From a virus, in the IMG/VR virus record IMGVR_UViG_3300033508_000321: 64,000 bases of DNA; one strand, 5' to 3'. Positions 17,420-25,456 of the stretch are shown piece after piece; position 1 is the stretch's first letter, and each line of letters begins with the position of its first letter. A model generated the notes under the pieces. That model was not told the DNA's origin. It did no database searches and saw only the letters and a list, made by a program, of their open reading frames with translations. Both the position numbers and the translations under genes were made by a program.

Positions 17420-18598
17420 ATGGCAGGGGAAAAATTTAATTTTTGGAGTAAAAAACCCGGTGGAATAACCGGTACGGAAATATGGCCGATACAAGGTGCA
17501 AGTGGCGCACCCGGTGATAACTGGTCTTTGGATGGTAATGATATGGCTGCTTTTACAAAAGAGTATCTAAACGGTATATTACCCACAACAATCGGCACGG
17601 GTGGCGACTATACCAATGTTGCTGCTGCTATAGCAGCAGGGCTTACAGATTCACAAAAAAGGAATATTGTTTTTGTGAGTGATGTGACTGAAAATACAAG
17701 TTTTATTTTAGGTGGCTCTATTACTGCACCTATTGGGATAGATATGAATACGTATAGATGGAATCTTGGCGCAACAACATGTACAATTGATACCGTTGTA
17801 ATACAAAATGGAACAATAACTGGAACAGGCATAATGTTTTCTTTCGCATCTCAATATAGAAATGCCAGATTTTCAAGAGTTTCATTCAATACTAATTCAT
17901 CTGGAGGTGCAATTTCAATACCTACTCGTATATTTGGGGGCTCTTCAAACTCGTATCTACACATGCAATATTGCAATATAAAATTAGGTAATAACTCTAC
18001 AGGCTTTTGCGATGGTGCTTTTGAGGACATTAATATTGATTTCTGTGATTTTTATGGTGGTGGTAGTAGCTCCTCCGCTATATTAAGAGCTACATCAATA
18101 GCTTCAATCACAAATTGTATTTTTTACAATGCCTTCGACATTATATACATCAATGGATTATTCGCGAATAATCAGAATTCTGGTAATGACCAGGCCTTTT
18201 CTGCGAATAGAATAGAGACTGTATCCAATGCAGTTGCAACACCGAATATCGCAAATTGTAAATTTCCAAGTACAGCTTTATACATCAACACTGGCACAGA
18301 TACAACCGCAGCAAGAGTAAGTAATAGTAGATTTCTTGGTTACTTATCTACTAGCCCAAAAAAAGATTGCTATTTAAGCAATGTTGTTTTCCACGATACT
18401 AATAGCATTACTATGGGTGGTAACACATCTAACTGTACATTTATGGGCCCGATTGTACTAAGTAATAATTCTCGCTCATCAACTTGTACGTATAATAGCA
18501 CCCTAACAATTAATACTGGCACAACTGGGGTTAAGATATATGGAAGGATATCTGTAGGAGCTTATACTGACAGCGGAACGGGTACAGTAGACCTTTAA
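17420..18598 (+). CDS. Right-handed beta-helix protein (tail spike / depolymerase-like)
   Basis: About ten 20-25-aa repeats with an N-C-x-F style pattern (ITNCIFYNAF, IANCKFPST, VSNSRFLGY, LSNVVFHDT, TSNCTFMGP, SSTCTYNST). Confidence 0.5.
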   Translation: MAGEKFNFWSKKPGGITGTEIWPIQGASGAPGDNWSLDGNDMAAFTKEYLNGILPTTIGTGGDYTNVAAAIAAGLTDSQKRNIVFVSDVTENTSFILGGSITAPIGIDMNTYRWNLGATTCTIDTVVIQNGTITGTGIMFSFASQYRNARFSRVSFNTNSSGGAISIPTRIFGGSSNSYLHMQYCNIKLGNNSTGFCDGAFEDINIDFCDFYGGGSSSSAILRATSIASITNCIFYNAFDIIYINGLFANNQNSGNDQAFSANRIETVSNAVATPNIANCKFPSTALYINTGTDTTAARVSNSRFLGYLSTSPKKDCYLSNVVFHDTNSITMGGNTSNCTFMGPIVLSNNSRSSTCTYNSTLTINTGTTGVKIYGRISVGAYTDSGTGTVDL

Positions 18599-18610
18599 AA
18601 ATATAGAACT

Positions 18611-19117
18611 ATGAAATACATATACAGAGGACATACAGCAAGTTCAATCACTTTTCGTGCGATAAGCGATAATGGCAATATTACAGATTACGGGGTTTTT
18701 GACTTTGAAGAACCTTTGCGCCCTTATTTTTCTCAGCTATTTGCGAAATTCGTAGGCACTGGGAAATTCGTAGATGACGGTACTTTTAATAAAGCGTGCG
18801 CCGATTACCTATTATTGTTAACCTGGCAATTTGATGATCGTTCTTTGCGAGTTAGTATACCGAATGACCTGATCACAAAAGCACAGGTAGCAGCAGCAGC
18901 CGGAACGGGTGATATGTTGGACTGGTTAGGGCAGATAATCGAACAAGTTTACCCTTTGCACTCGAATAGAATTGTGGTTACGGATGTTTATGCGGTTATT
19001 TACTTGAATTACATTCTACCCGAGCACGAACCTATTTTGCGCCATTTTTCCGAAATTTCAATAGAGTACAAACCCGAAGTAGCAACTATACCCGAGGGTG
19101 AAATAAATATCGTATGA
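18611..19117 (+). CDS. Hypothetical protein
   Basis: 168-aa ORF at the end of the late operon. Confidence 0.45.
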   Translation: MKYIYRGHTASSITFRAISDNGNITDYGVFDFEEPLRPYFSQLFAKFVGTGKFVDDGTFNKACADYLLLLTWQFDDRSLRVSIPNDLITKAQVAAAAGTGDMLDWLGQIIEQVYPLHSNRIVVTDVYAVIYLNYILPEHEPILRHFSEISIEYKPEVATIPEGEINIV

Positions 19118-19380
19118 AACTGAATTTTCGCAAAAATTTAAAAGGTAACTTAGAAGCAGACCTACCGGTAGAGGAATTATGCTCAGATAAGGCGTTTTTA
19201 GACGCTCTGAGCAAAGTTCTACCAAAAGATGATACTTATATCATGCTTGAAAAGATAATCGCTAGAATCGAAAGAAAAACCAATGAGAGGATCGCATACG
19301 TTTACTTTGTCCTCGGTACATGGATTTTCTCTATGATTTTAGTAGGTGGATTCTTTGAGATGCTCAGGAATATTCATTGA
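19114..19380 (+). CDS. Small protein with C-terminal transmembrane helix
   Basis: IAYVYFVLGTWIFSMILVGGFF. Last gene before a strong terminator. A holin role is speculative. Confidence 0.4.
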   Translation: MKLNFRKNLKGNLEADLPVEELCSDKAFLDALSKVLPKDDTYIMLEKIIARIERKTNERIAYVYFVLGTWIFSMILVGGFFEMLRNIH

Positions 19381-19400
19381 CGTTTCGAAGATTCCACAAC

Positions 19401-19427
19401 AAAAAAGCCCGTTTTACCGGGCTTTTT
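19401..19427 (+). terminator. Rho-independent terminator closing the structural operon
   Basis: AAAAAGCCCG-ttttac-CGGGCTTTTT. Confidence 0.7.
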
Positions 19428-19612
19428 CTATTTAAAACTAACCAAAACGAGTAAAAATATTATATAAACCAGTGAAAAAATATGAGAAGCGCACCAACCT
19501 AAAAGTGCTTGGGTTAACTAACCCGATACAAAGGTAAAATTTTTGCGCAAAGGTTTACGTCATTAACAAAATTTTAACATGATGGACTATTGACAAATAC
19601 AAAAATCGGGTT

Positions 19613-19620
19613 TATCTTTG
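19613..19620 (+). promoter_or_regulatory. -7 box TAtcTTTG for the tRNA gene
   Basis: Exact TAnnTTTG ending 9 nt before the tRNA 5' end. TTAACAA/TTAACAt dyad at 19563-19580. Confidence 0.5.
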
Positions 19621-19629
19621 TAACATCAT

Positions 19630-19700
19630 TGCGGGATAGTGTAATGGTAAAACGCTGGTCTCATAAGCCAAAGCTGGTAGTTCGATTCTATCTCCCGCAA
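19630..19700 (+). tRNA. tRNA-Met (anticodon CAT; could also be an Ile2/initiator type)
   Basis: Manual fold. Acceptor TGCGGGA/TCCCGCA. D stem GTGT/ACGC. Anticodon loop CTCATAA. T arm GGTAG-TTCGATT-CTATC. No encoded CCA. Confidence 0.75.
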
Positions 19701-19726
19701 CTTAGATTCATCCTAAGTTTGTTTTT
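19701..19726 (+). terminator. Hairpin plus T-run after tRNA
   Basis: CTTAG-attcatc-CTAAG followed by TTTGTTTTT. Confidence 0.5.
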
Positions 19727-19740
19727 CTGTTAGGTTTTAG

Positions 19741-19773
19741 CCCCCGTGATAAAAAAATTTTGCGGGGGTTTTT
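19741..19773 (+). terminator. Second terminator hairpin
   Basis: CCCCCG-16 nt loop-CGGGGG followed by TTTTT. Confidence 0.55.
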
Positions 19774-19804
19774 AAAAAACTTAGAATGATGTAAAAAATA
19801 TTTA

Positions 19805-19812
19805 TATATTTG
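19805..19812 (+). promoter_or_regulatory. -7 box TAtaTTTG for the replication-module transcript
   Basis: Exact TAnnTTTG. About 175 nt upstream of the ATG at 19989. Confidence 0.45.
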
Positions 19813-19886
19813 TACTGCAAGATTCCGACTATTGTAGTTCTAAAAAAGTGTAAGATGTTTGAAAATTTTGGTAATTATAATCTCAG

Positions 19887-19970
19887 CCCAAATAGGGTAG
19901 GTAAAGAAGAAAACGGATTTGACACTGTTTGCCGTTTTTCTTGCTGTCGGAAGCACCTACTCTATTTGGG
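19887..19970 (+). promoter_or_regulatory. Long imperfect hairpin in the 5' leader (attenuator or small structured RNA)
   Basis: 16-bp outer stem CCCAAATAGGGTAGGT / ACCTACTCTATTTGGG (one G-T). Inner stem GAAGAAAACGG / CCGTTTTTCTT. Followed by TTTTACTTTTT. Confidence 0.45.
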
Positions 19971-19988
19971 TTTTACTTTTTATACGCT

Positions 19989-21074
19989 ATGGAAGAATTT
20001 GCTGTAGATGATTTACAGATCGTAAACTTGAAACGTGTTTACGCTTGTGGGATTAAACCCGGTGATTTGAGCATCCCTGCATTGGTAATATTTTTTTACT
20101 TTGGTAAGGTTGCTGCCGTTAGTCATAGACTCGAAGATCGTGAGTACTTTTGGGTAGCACATGGTAAGGTTATAAAAGATAACCCGTACCATGAGTTCAC
20201 AAAAACAATCATTCAAAACAACGTAACGAAGTTGATAAAATTTGGGTTGTTGGAAAGGCACTCAAACGTACGAGAGCTAAATAGGAGCTACTACAGATTG
20301 ACTAATTTAGGTAAAACCGTTATTTTAGGTGATAGTGCTGATGATAACACGTTTTTTAAAAGCAAGAAAAAATACGGCGCAGTTAAAAAAGTGGCAAAAA
20401 AACCTAAGATAACCGAAACAAGTAAAACCTATCATAAAAATATGACAGGTAACGAAAAACCTATCATAAAAAAACGACACGAATATAATAATATAAATAA
20501 TAAAGAATATATTAATAAGATTATAGAAGAAGAAAAAGAAAAGGCTTTTTTCCGAAAAAATCTTATTACACATTTTCCAAAAGATCAGAGAGAGAATATC
20601 GATGTAAATGATTTGGAAACTGCTAAAGATGATCCATACCTACAGGACTTACTTACTGATGAGCTAACTTTTCAAATTAAGTACGATATAAAAGCAGATG
20701 AAAAAACATTACAATACAGAATGTATAACGAAGATGCTGTACATGAATTTTGTGGTTTACTCGTATTGTTTAACCCCGATTATATGCGTAACTATGACAT
20801 TTGGGATGCTTACCAGTTGTACATTCGTAGGCGAATTTTTGATGACCTAGACACCATACGAGCTGTTATTTATTCTACGATGCAATCTCATTTGATTGAA
20901 GAAAAACCCTATTTGTTTACCCCGATTTTTTGCCTAAGGCGTAGCGTATTTTTAGCAAATAAAGCATCCGCAGGTGAAGAGAAAATAACCCACTACAGAA
21001 ATGTAGATATTAACGATTTTATGAAATCCTACCCAACAGAAAACACTTATCCGAATGGCTACGAATTACCATGA
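19989..21074 (+). CDS. Winged-helix DNA-binding protein, replication-initiator-like
   Basis: Start moved to ATG 19989 (MEEFAV...) after the leader hairpin. N-terminal wHTH-like region (NNVTKLIKFGLLERH...YYRLTNLGK). First gene of the replication module. Confidence 0.45.
   Translation: MEEFAVDDLQIVNLKRVYACGIKPGDLSIPALVIFFYFGKVAAVSHRLEDREYFWVAHGKVIKDNPYHEFTKTIIQNNVTKLIKFGLLERHSNVRELNRSYYRLTNLGKTVILGDSADDNTFFKSKKKYGAVKKVAKKPKITETSKTYHKNMTGNEKPIIKKRHEYNNINNKEYINKIIEEEKEKAFFRKNLITHFPKDQRENIDVNDLETAKDDPYLQDLLTDELTFQIKYDIKADEKTLQYRMYNEDAVHEFCGLLVLFNPDYMRNYDIWDAYQLYIRRRIFDDLDTIRAVIYSTMQSHLIEEKPYLFTPIFCLRRSVFLANKASAGEEKITHYRNVDINDFMKSYPTENTYPNGYELP
20399..20472 (+). repeat. Iteron-like direct repeats inside the initiator-like gene
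   Basis: AAAACCTATCATAAAAA at 20424 and 20456 (17/17), read in different codon phases (KTYHKN vs EKPIIKK). Related AAAACCTAAGATAA at 20399. AT-rich tract 20473-20545 follows. Confidence 0.45.
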
Positions 21075-21588
21075 TTTATTAATTAAATTGGGTATGTTAC
21101 CCAGACACGCTAGGACTGAATTTACAGACCTAGAAAAAACAAAACTTACTGATTTTGTACTAAATTACCCGATTGAGTCACCACATAGCTTTATAGTGCA
21201 AGGTTCTGACGGTATAGGCAAAAATACTGCACTTAGTATGCTTGTAAAGCGTGCTATTGAGTACAACAAATTGAATGAGTGTATAAATTTTGGCGGCGAA
21301 AAAATACTGGTTCGCAGAATGCCGAAATTTATCTATTCATGGGTAGGTGTAAAACCAGAGGATTTAATGAGCGGTGATATGCTTGTAATACCTAACTTCG
21401 AACAATGCCCGTTTGTAAATGATTTACCCGGAATACTGGCGAAAAGGTCTGCTAATCCGTTATTTTTTGCGTTAATGAGTTGTGGTTTACGTACGAACCC
21501 TAAATTGGTAGAATCATTCTCGCAAGTATGTACAATTTACACCACTAAGGACGTAAAAGCATTCACCAGAACAAGCAAAGAATTATGA
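21055..21588 (+). CDS. P-loop ATPase (helicase-loader-like by context)
   Basis: Walker A GSDGIGKNT. Sits between the initiator-like and helicase genes. Confidence 0.45.
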   Translation: MATNYHDLLIKLGMLPRHARTEFTDLEKTKLTDFVLNYPIESPHSFIVQGSDGIGKNTALSMLVKRAIEYNKLNECINFGGEKILVRRMPKFIYSWVGVKPEDLMSGDMLVIPNFEQCPFVNDLPGILAKRSANPLFFALMSCGLRTNPKLVESFSQVCTIYTTKDVKAFTRTSKEL

Positions 21589-23063
21589 TAATAAGAAACT
21601 CAATGCTTCGCATACCAAACGGTATAGTGAGCGAAGAACAATTGGTTGACGATCTAAGCATTGACAATCCGAAATACGCAAGCGCAAAAAGGTTTTCACG
21701 TTACCCTGTTAGTATTCCAAAACGTTTGTACTTTTTTGCGAAATATCCCGATGGTAGCTACTTAGTACCCAGAAACTACCCGATACATAGACCGATGGTG
21801 CAACAGGTGAGTTTGGGTGTACCCATCACTGGTGAAATAAATTTCACGGCTCGAGAAGGTCAAACTGAAATCTTCAAAGAAATAGAGGAAAAATTGGCGG
21901 AAAATGTAACTGATTTTCTTCTTCATGTAGACACCGGCAAAGGTAAAACGATGCTCGCATTGTGGATGATTAACCGTTACAAACTACGTACACTGGTGGT
22001 AGTACCTACACGTGCACTAGGCTTACAATTCGTTGATAGGGTAAAGCAGTTTTCAAACTACTCAGCAGGTTTTTTCGCACCCGGAAAACCTTTGTACGAT
22101 GTGACTATAGTTACATATCATTTGCTTGGTGGTGCGAAAGAAAGGGCGGCAAAAGACCCGGATTTTTACACGAAATTTGGACACGTGATATTTGACGAGT
22201 ACCACAACGCAGGTGCTACGCAGTTTCACAAAGTAAACGAACTAGCAGCGTGTAAATACCGAACTATGTTAACAGCTACTTTTCGTAGGAAAGACGGCAT
22301 GGACAAGGTATTGAAATACCATTTCGAGCACACAATCACGTGGAAAGACTCAGACCGCAATTTTGTAGATGTTTACCCGGTTATGATAACCGATATTGAT
22401 CTGAATAAAGATTTTAACGGTTATGGCACACGTGCAACGGCACTACGAATGCTTAGAAGAAATGACATCGTAAAGGTTAACGGTATGGTGGGGCGTATAG
22501 ATGGGCTAAGACCTTACATTTTTGATTCGCCTAACGGTACTTTCGAGCTAGATTTAACGGATAAAGTATATCTGAGCAATGGGTTCTCGCACGTGATGTT
22601 TGAAACTAACTTGAGCAATGATGAAAAATTGCGGGAAAAAGCCCGGAAATTTATTGATGGTTTACCGAGTAAAAATATACTTGTATTGAGCAGTAGATTG
22701 AAACAACTAGAGGATCTGGACTCACTGCTCAAGAAAAAAAGCGGGGTGTTAAAAGGTAAGATAAAGGACAAAGAATATATAAAATATTTGCGGGATGATG
22801 CCGATGTAGTTTTGGGTATAGATAAACTAGCCAAAGAGGGTATGGACTTACCACGAATGGACACGCTGGTGTTTTTAACCTCTTACCGTGATATAGAACA
22901 GGCTTTAGGTAGGGTAACACGTGAGTACAAAGGCAAGACCCGGGTAAGTGTTTACTTTTTCATTTATGATAGCCCGTACAGCAAGCTATTCTATGGAAGA
23001 AACGGGGCGCAAAAAATGTTCGAAAAGTTAGGTTGTACCATGATGCCAATGTTTGAAATCTGA
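21585..23063 (+). CDS. SF2 DEAD/DEAH-box helicase
   Basis: Walker A DTGKGKT. Walker B FDEYH. TAT motif (LTATF). C-terminal helicase lobe. Confidence 0.7.
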   Translation: MIIRNSMLRIPNGIVSEEQLVDDLSIDNPKYASAKRFSRYPVSIPKRLYFFAKYPDGSYLVPRNYPIHRPMVQQVSLGVPITGEINFTAREGQTEIFKEIEEKLAENVTDFLLHVDTGKGKTMLALWMINRYKLRTLVVVPTRALGLQFVDRVKQFSNYSAGFFAPGKPLYDVTIVTYHLLGGAKERAAKDPDFYTKFGHVIFDEYHNAGATQFHKVNELAACKYRTMLTATFRRKDGMDKVLKYHFEHTITWKDSDRNFVDVYPVMITDIDLNKDFNGYGTRATALRMLRRNDIVKVNGMVGRIDGLRPYIFDSPNGTFELDLTDKVYLSNGFSHVMFETNLSNDEKLREKARKFIDGLPSKNILVLSSRLKQLEDLDSLLKKKSGVLKGKIKDKEYIKYLRDDADVVLGIDKLAKEGMDLPRMDTLVFLTSYRDIEQALGRVTREYKGKTRVSVYFFIYDSPYSKLFYGRNGAQKMFEKLGCTMMPMFEI

Positions 23064-23296
23064 TGTTTTGGAATCGCAAGCCTTTGAAGTATTTAGAATA
23101 TAACAAGGCGCTGGACGTGTTTAGAATCGTGGATAAACCGACTGAGGAACTGAATTACATGGTAATTTTGAGACGAAAAAATCGGGCAAAACTAGAGGAA
23201 TTTATCCGTGAAATTGAATACATAGCCCCACATATCCACCCGAAAAAGAAATTTGAATTAATACTTAAACGATCACTACTAAAAGAGAACAAATGA
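23063..23296 (+). CDS. Hypothetical protein
   Basis: ATG overlaps the helicase stop. 77 aa. Confidence 0.45.
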   Translation: MFWNRKPLKYLEYNKALDVFRIVDKPTEELNYMVILRRKNRAKLEEFIREIEYIAPHIHPKKKFELILKRSLLKENK

Positions 23297-23715
23297 ATAG
23301 AGAAATTAAATTTAGAGCGTGGGATTTAACAAGAAAAACCATGCTGGCAGATGTACAAGAGTATAAGCAGATTATTTTTACCATGCATAGCAATGTTCCA
23401 GATTGCATCACTTTTGGTAATATTTGCAATAGTAAAACTGAGGTGGTTATGCAAGCATCCGGACTGGTGGATAAAAACGGGTGGGAAATTTTCGAAGGTG
23501 ATATACTACAAAGTACACACCAGTACGATAGAGTACGTTTTTACAAAGTTTTTCATAAACCGGGTGGATTGTGCGTAAATGACTTTCAAGACGATTTTAA
23601 AAGATCTCCGGATGAGATTGCTTTCTACGGGGCACTCGCAGACCCTCAAAATGCTAGTTTTTTATCTTCGTGTGAAATCATAGGAAACGTATTTGAAAAC
23701 CCGGAATTGATATGA
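23293..23715 (+). CDS. YopX-family protein
   Basis: N-terminal REIKFRAWD and C-terminal EIIGNVFENPEL are the YopX hallmarks. Confidence 0.7.
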   Translation: MNREIKFRAWDLTRKTMLADVQEYKQIIFTMHSNVPDCITFGNICNSKTEVVMQASGLVDKNGWEIFEGDILQSTHQYDRVRFYKVFHKPGGLCVNDFQDDFKRSPDEIAFYGALADPQNASFLSSCEIIGNVFENPELI

Positions 23716-23921
23716 TATTAAGATACGAAGAAATAATAAATCACGATGTGCATTCACACATATACGAGGTTACTTTTATGATTCGTGACGGTGAAATTTG
23801 GCGGGAAAAACTAGAGGTTTATTCCGGCGAAGAAAAACACCAATACGATGCAGTACTAAGAAGGTGGGAAAAGGACTACCGAAGTCACAAAGTACGCTTA
23901 GTTGCTGTGACTGATATTTGA
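23712..23921 (+). CDS. Hypothetical protein
   Basis: ATGA-coupled 69-aa ORF. Confidence 0.45.
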   Translation: MILRYEEIINHDVHSHIYEVTFMIRDGEIWREKLEVYSGEEKHQYDAVLRRWEKDYRSHKVRLVAVTDI

Positions 23922-23950
23922 AAAAAATGTAAAAATTTTGTGCATTTTTT

Positions 23951-23971
23951 ACACATATTAAAAATATGTGT
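23951..23971. promoter_or_regulatory. Perfect 9-bp inverted repeat ACACATATT-AAA-AATATGTGT (operator-like)
   Basis: Read directly. Lies in the 150-nt gap upstream of dut. Confidence 0.4.
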
Positions 23972-23995
23972 TCTATGTGGGCAAAATCTATATTT

Positions 23996-24053
23996 TTAAC
24001 AAATCAATAACAAAGTAGTTAACAACCCTTTAACAATTGATGATTTAAATTTG
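23996..24053 (+). promoter_or_regulatory. dut promoter: four TTAACAA-type heptamers plus -7 box TAaaTTTG
   Basis: TTAACAA 23996, ATAACAA 24007, TTAACAA 24019, TTAACAA 24030, N9, then TAaaTTTG 24046-24053. Confidence 0.5.
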
Positions 24054-24071
24054 TATCAAACAAAAGCAACA

Positions 24072-24479
24072 ATGATAAAAGTAAACAAAGATTTAAATTA
24101 CGCAACACCGGGTGCAAGCGGCTTCGATATAGAGGCCGCAGAAAAAGTGATAATTAACGCAGGTAGGACAGTAAGGGTAAAAACCGGCTTGCGAGTTTCT
24201 TTGCCCTACGTAGTAGAATTACAAGTAAGACCAAGAAGCGGTTTATCTTCGCAAGGTATATTCGTTGTATTGGGCACAGTGGATAGCGATTATCGTGGCG
24301 AAATTTCAGTGATAATTCACAATTCAACTGATGAGTTCTTTTTAGTAGAACCCGGAATGCGTATAGCACAGGGTGTTTTTTCCTATGTAGAACGTGAATT
24401 TACTGTTGTACCTGAGCAAGAAATTTTGGCGGAAAAAACCGAGCGAGGCGAAAATGGTTTTGGCAGTACCGGAATTTAA
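24072..24479 (+). CDS. dut: dUTP diphosphatase (dUTPase)
   Basis: GASGFDI, RPRSGL, GTVDSDYRGEI, RIAQ, ERGENGFGSTG motifs. Start set to ATG 24072, downstream of the -7 box (the track start 24051 is a TTG inside the promoter). Confidence 0.85.
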   Translation: MIKVNKDLNYATPGASGFDIEAAEKVIINAGRTVRVKTGLRVSLPYVVELQVRPRSGLSSQGIFVVLGTVDSDYRGEISVIIHNSTDEFFLVEPGMRIAQGVFSYVEREFTVVPEQEILAEKTERGENGFGSTGI

Positions 24480-24540
24480 AAAAATGGTATTAACAAACAG
24501 TTAACAACAACCAAAGAAAAACATAGATAATTTTACACCT

Positions 24541-25452
24541 ATGAAAAAAGCAGAAACACTTAGGCTCGATAAAACCACATTAGGGTTGCTCAAGAAGATG
24601 CGACCGGAAAGTGGGTTTTTTGTATGCAATGGCAGTTACATCATTGCGGAAAAAATATATGACGGACAATTGTGCCTTATAGGCTTAGCTTATGAAAGTG
24701 ATAAAATGACCATACCCTACGCACTGGTAGAAATGGCTAAAAAGTCACTCGTGCTGTTCTACGGCAGTAATGCGCTGGTGGATGATTTCGCAGTAAACTG
24801 GGATGCATGGGAACCATACGTTGAACCAGATTTCAAACCCAAAGGCGATGTGTGGATAGACGATGAAGTGGTAACAAACCTACAGCTATTGAAAGCGAGC
24901 ACCGGTAGTAAAATGGAAGCTGTACGTGTCTTTGCTGATTTAGCCGGAAACGTTATCTTTGATAACGGCCTTGCATACGTTTCCAGTGGTCATTACGTCC
25001 ATGTACAACACACACCGGTAGAAGAAAAATTTGCAATGCGGTTAGGTGCTATTCAGCACATACCAAACACCGGGTGCTTTTATGGTAAAACCGAAAAAGC
25101 TACGTATTTCTACAACGAAAATATAGCGGTAAAAATTTCGGATATGCCTAACTTGAAACTACCTGAGTACACAGTAGTAAAAGGGTTTTTCGAAAAGGAA
25201 TACGAGAAACTGCTAACCATAGATAAACAAACGGTGGTTAATCATTGTAAAGTAGCTTTGGCGAAAGAACCTGAAAAAAGGCAGCATAATAGCCTTGTGA
25301 TAGAATTAACACTTGAGGATATAACTATAAAAGTACGCCCAAAACAGATTTTGAACCTCTTAGCAGGTGTTTTGGATGACGTGCTTACTCTCGAACATAC
25401 GACAAATTTCTTTTTAATAAACAGTAATATTTTAGTAGCTAAAATCAATTAA
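24541..25452 (+). CDS. Hypothetical replication-module protein
   Basis: 303-aa ORF preceded by a TTAACAA dyad (24490/24501). No motif recognised. Confidence 0.5.
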   Translation: MKKAETLRLDKTTLGLLKKMRPESGFFVCNGSYIIAEKIYDGQLCLIGLAYESDKMTIPYALVEMAKKSLVLFYGSNALVDDFAVNWDAWEPYVEPDFKPKGDVWIDDEVVTNLQLLKASTGSKMEAVRVFADLAGNVIFDNGLAYVSSGHYVHVQHTPVEEKFAMRLGAIQHIPNTGCFYGKTEKATYFYNENIAVKISDMPNLKLPEYTVVKGFFEKEYEKLLTIDKQTVVNHCKVALAKEPEKRQHNSLVIELTLEDITIKVRPKQILNLLAGVLDDVLTLEHTTNFFLINSNILVAKIN

Positions 25453-25456
25453 ACAA

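Noticed and set aside
19810-20007. 65-aa ORF starting right at the promoter box and spanning the long leader hairpin
   Set aside because: It would start inside or adjacent to the -7 box. Its sequence is dictated by the two arms of the hairpin. The downstream ATG 19989 gives a cleaner start for the wHTH protein.
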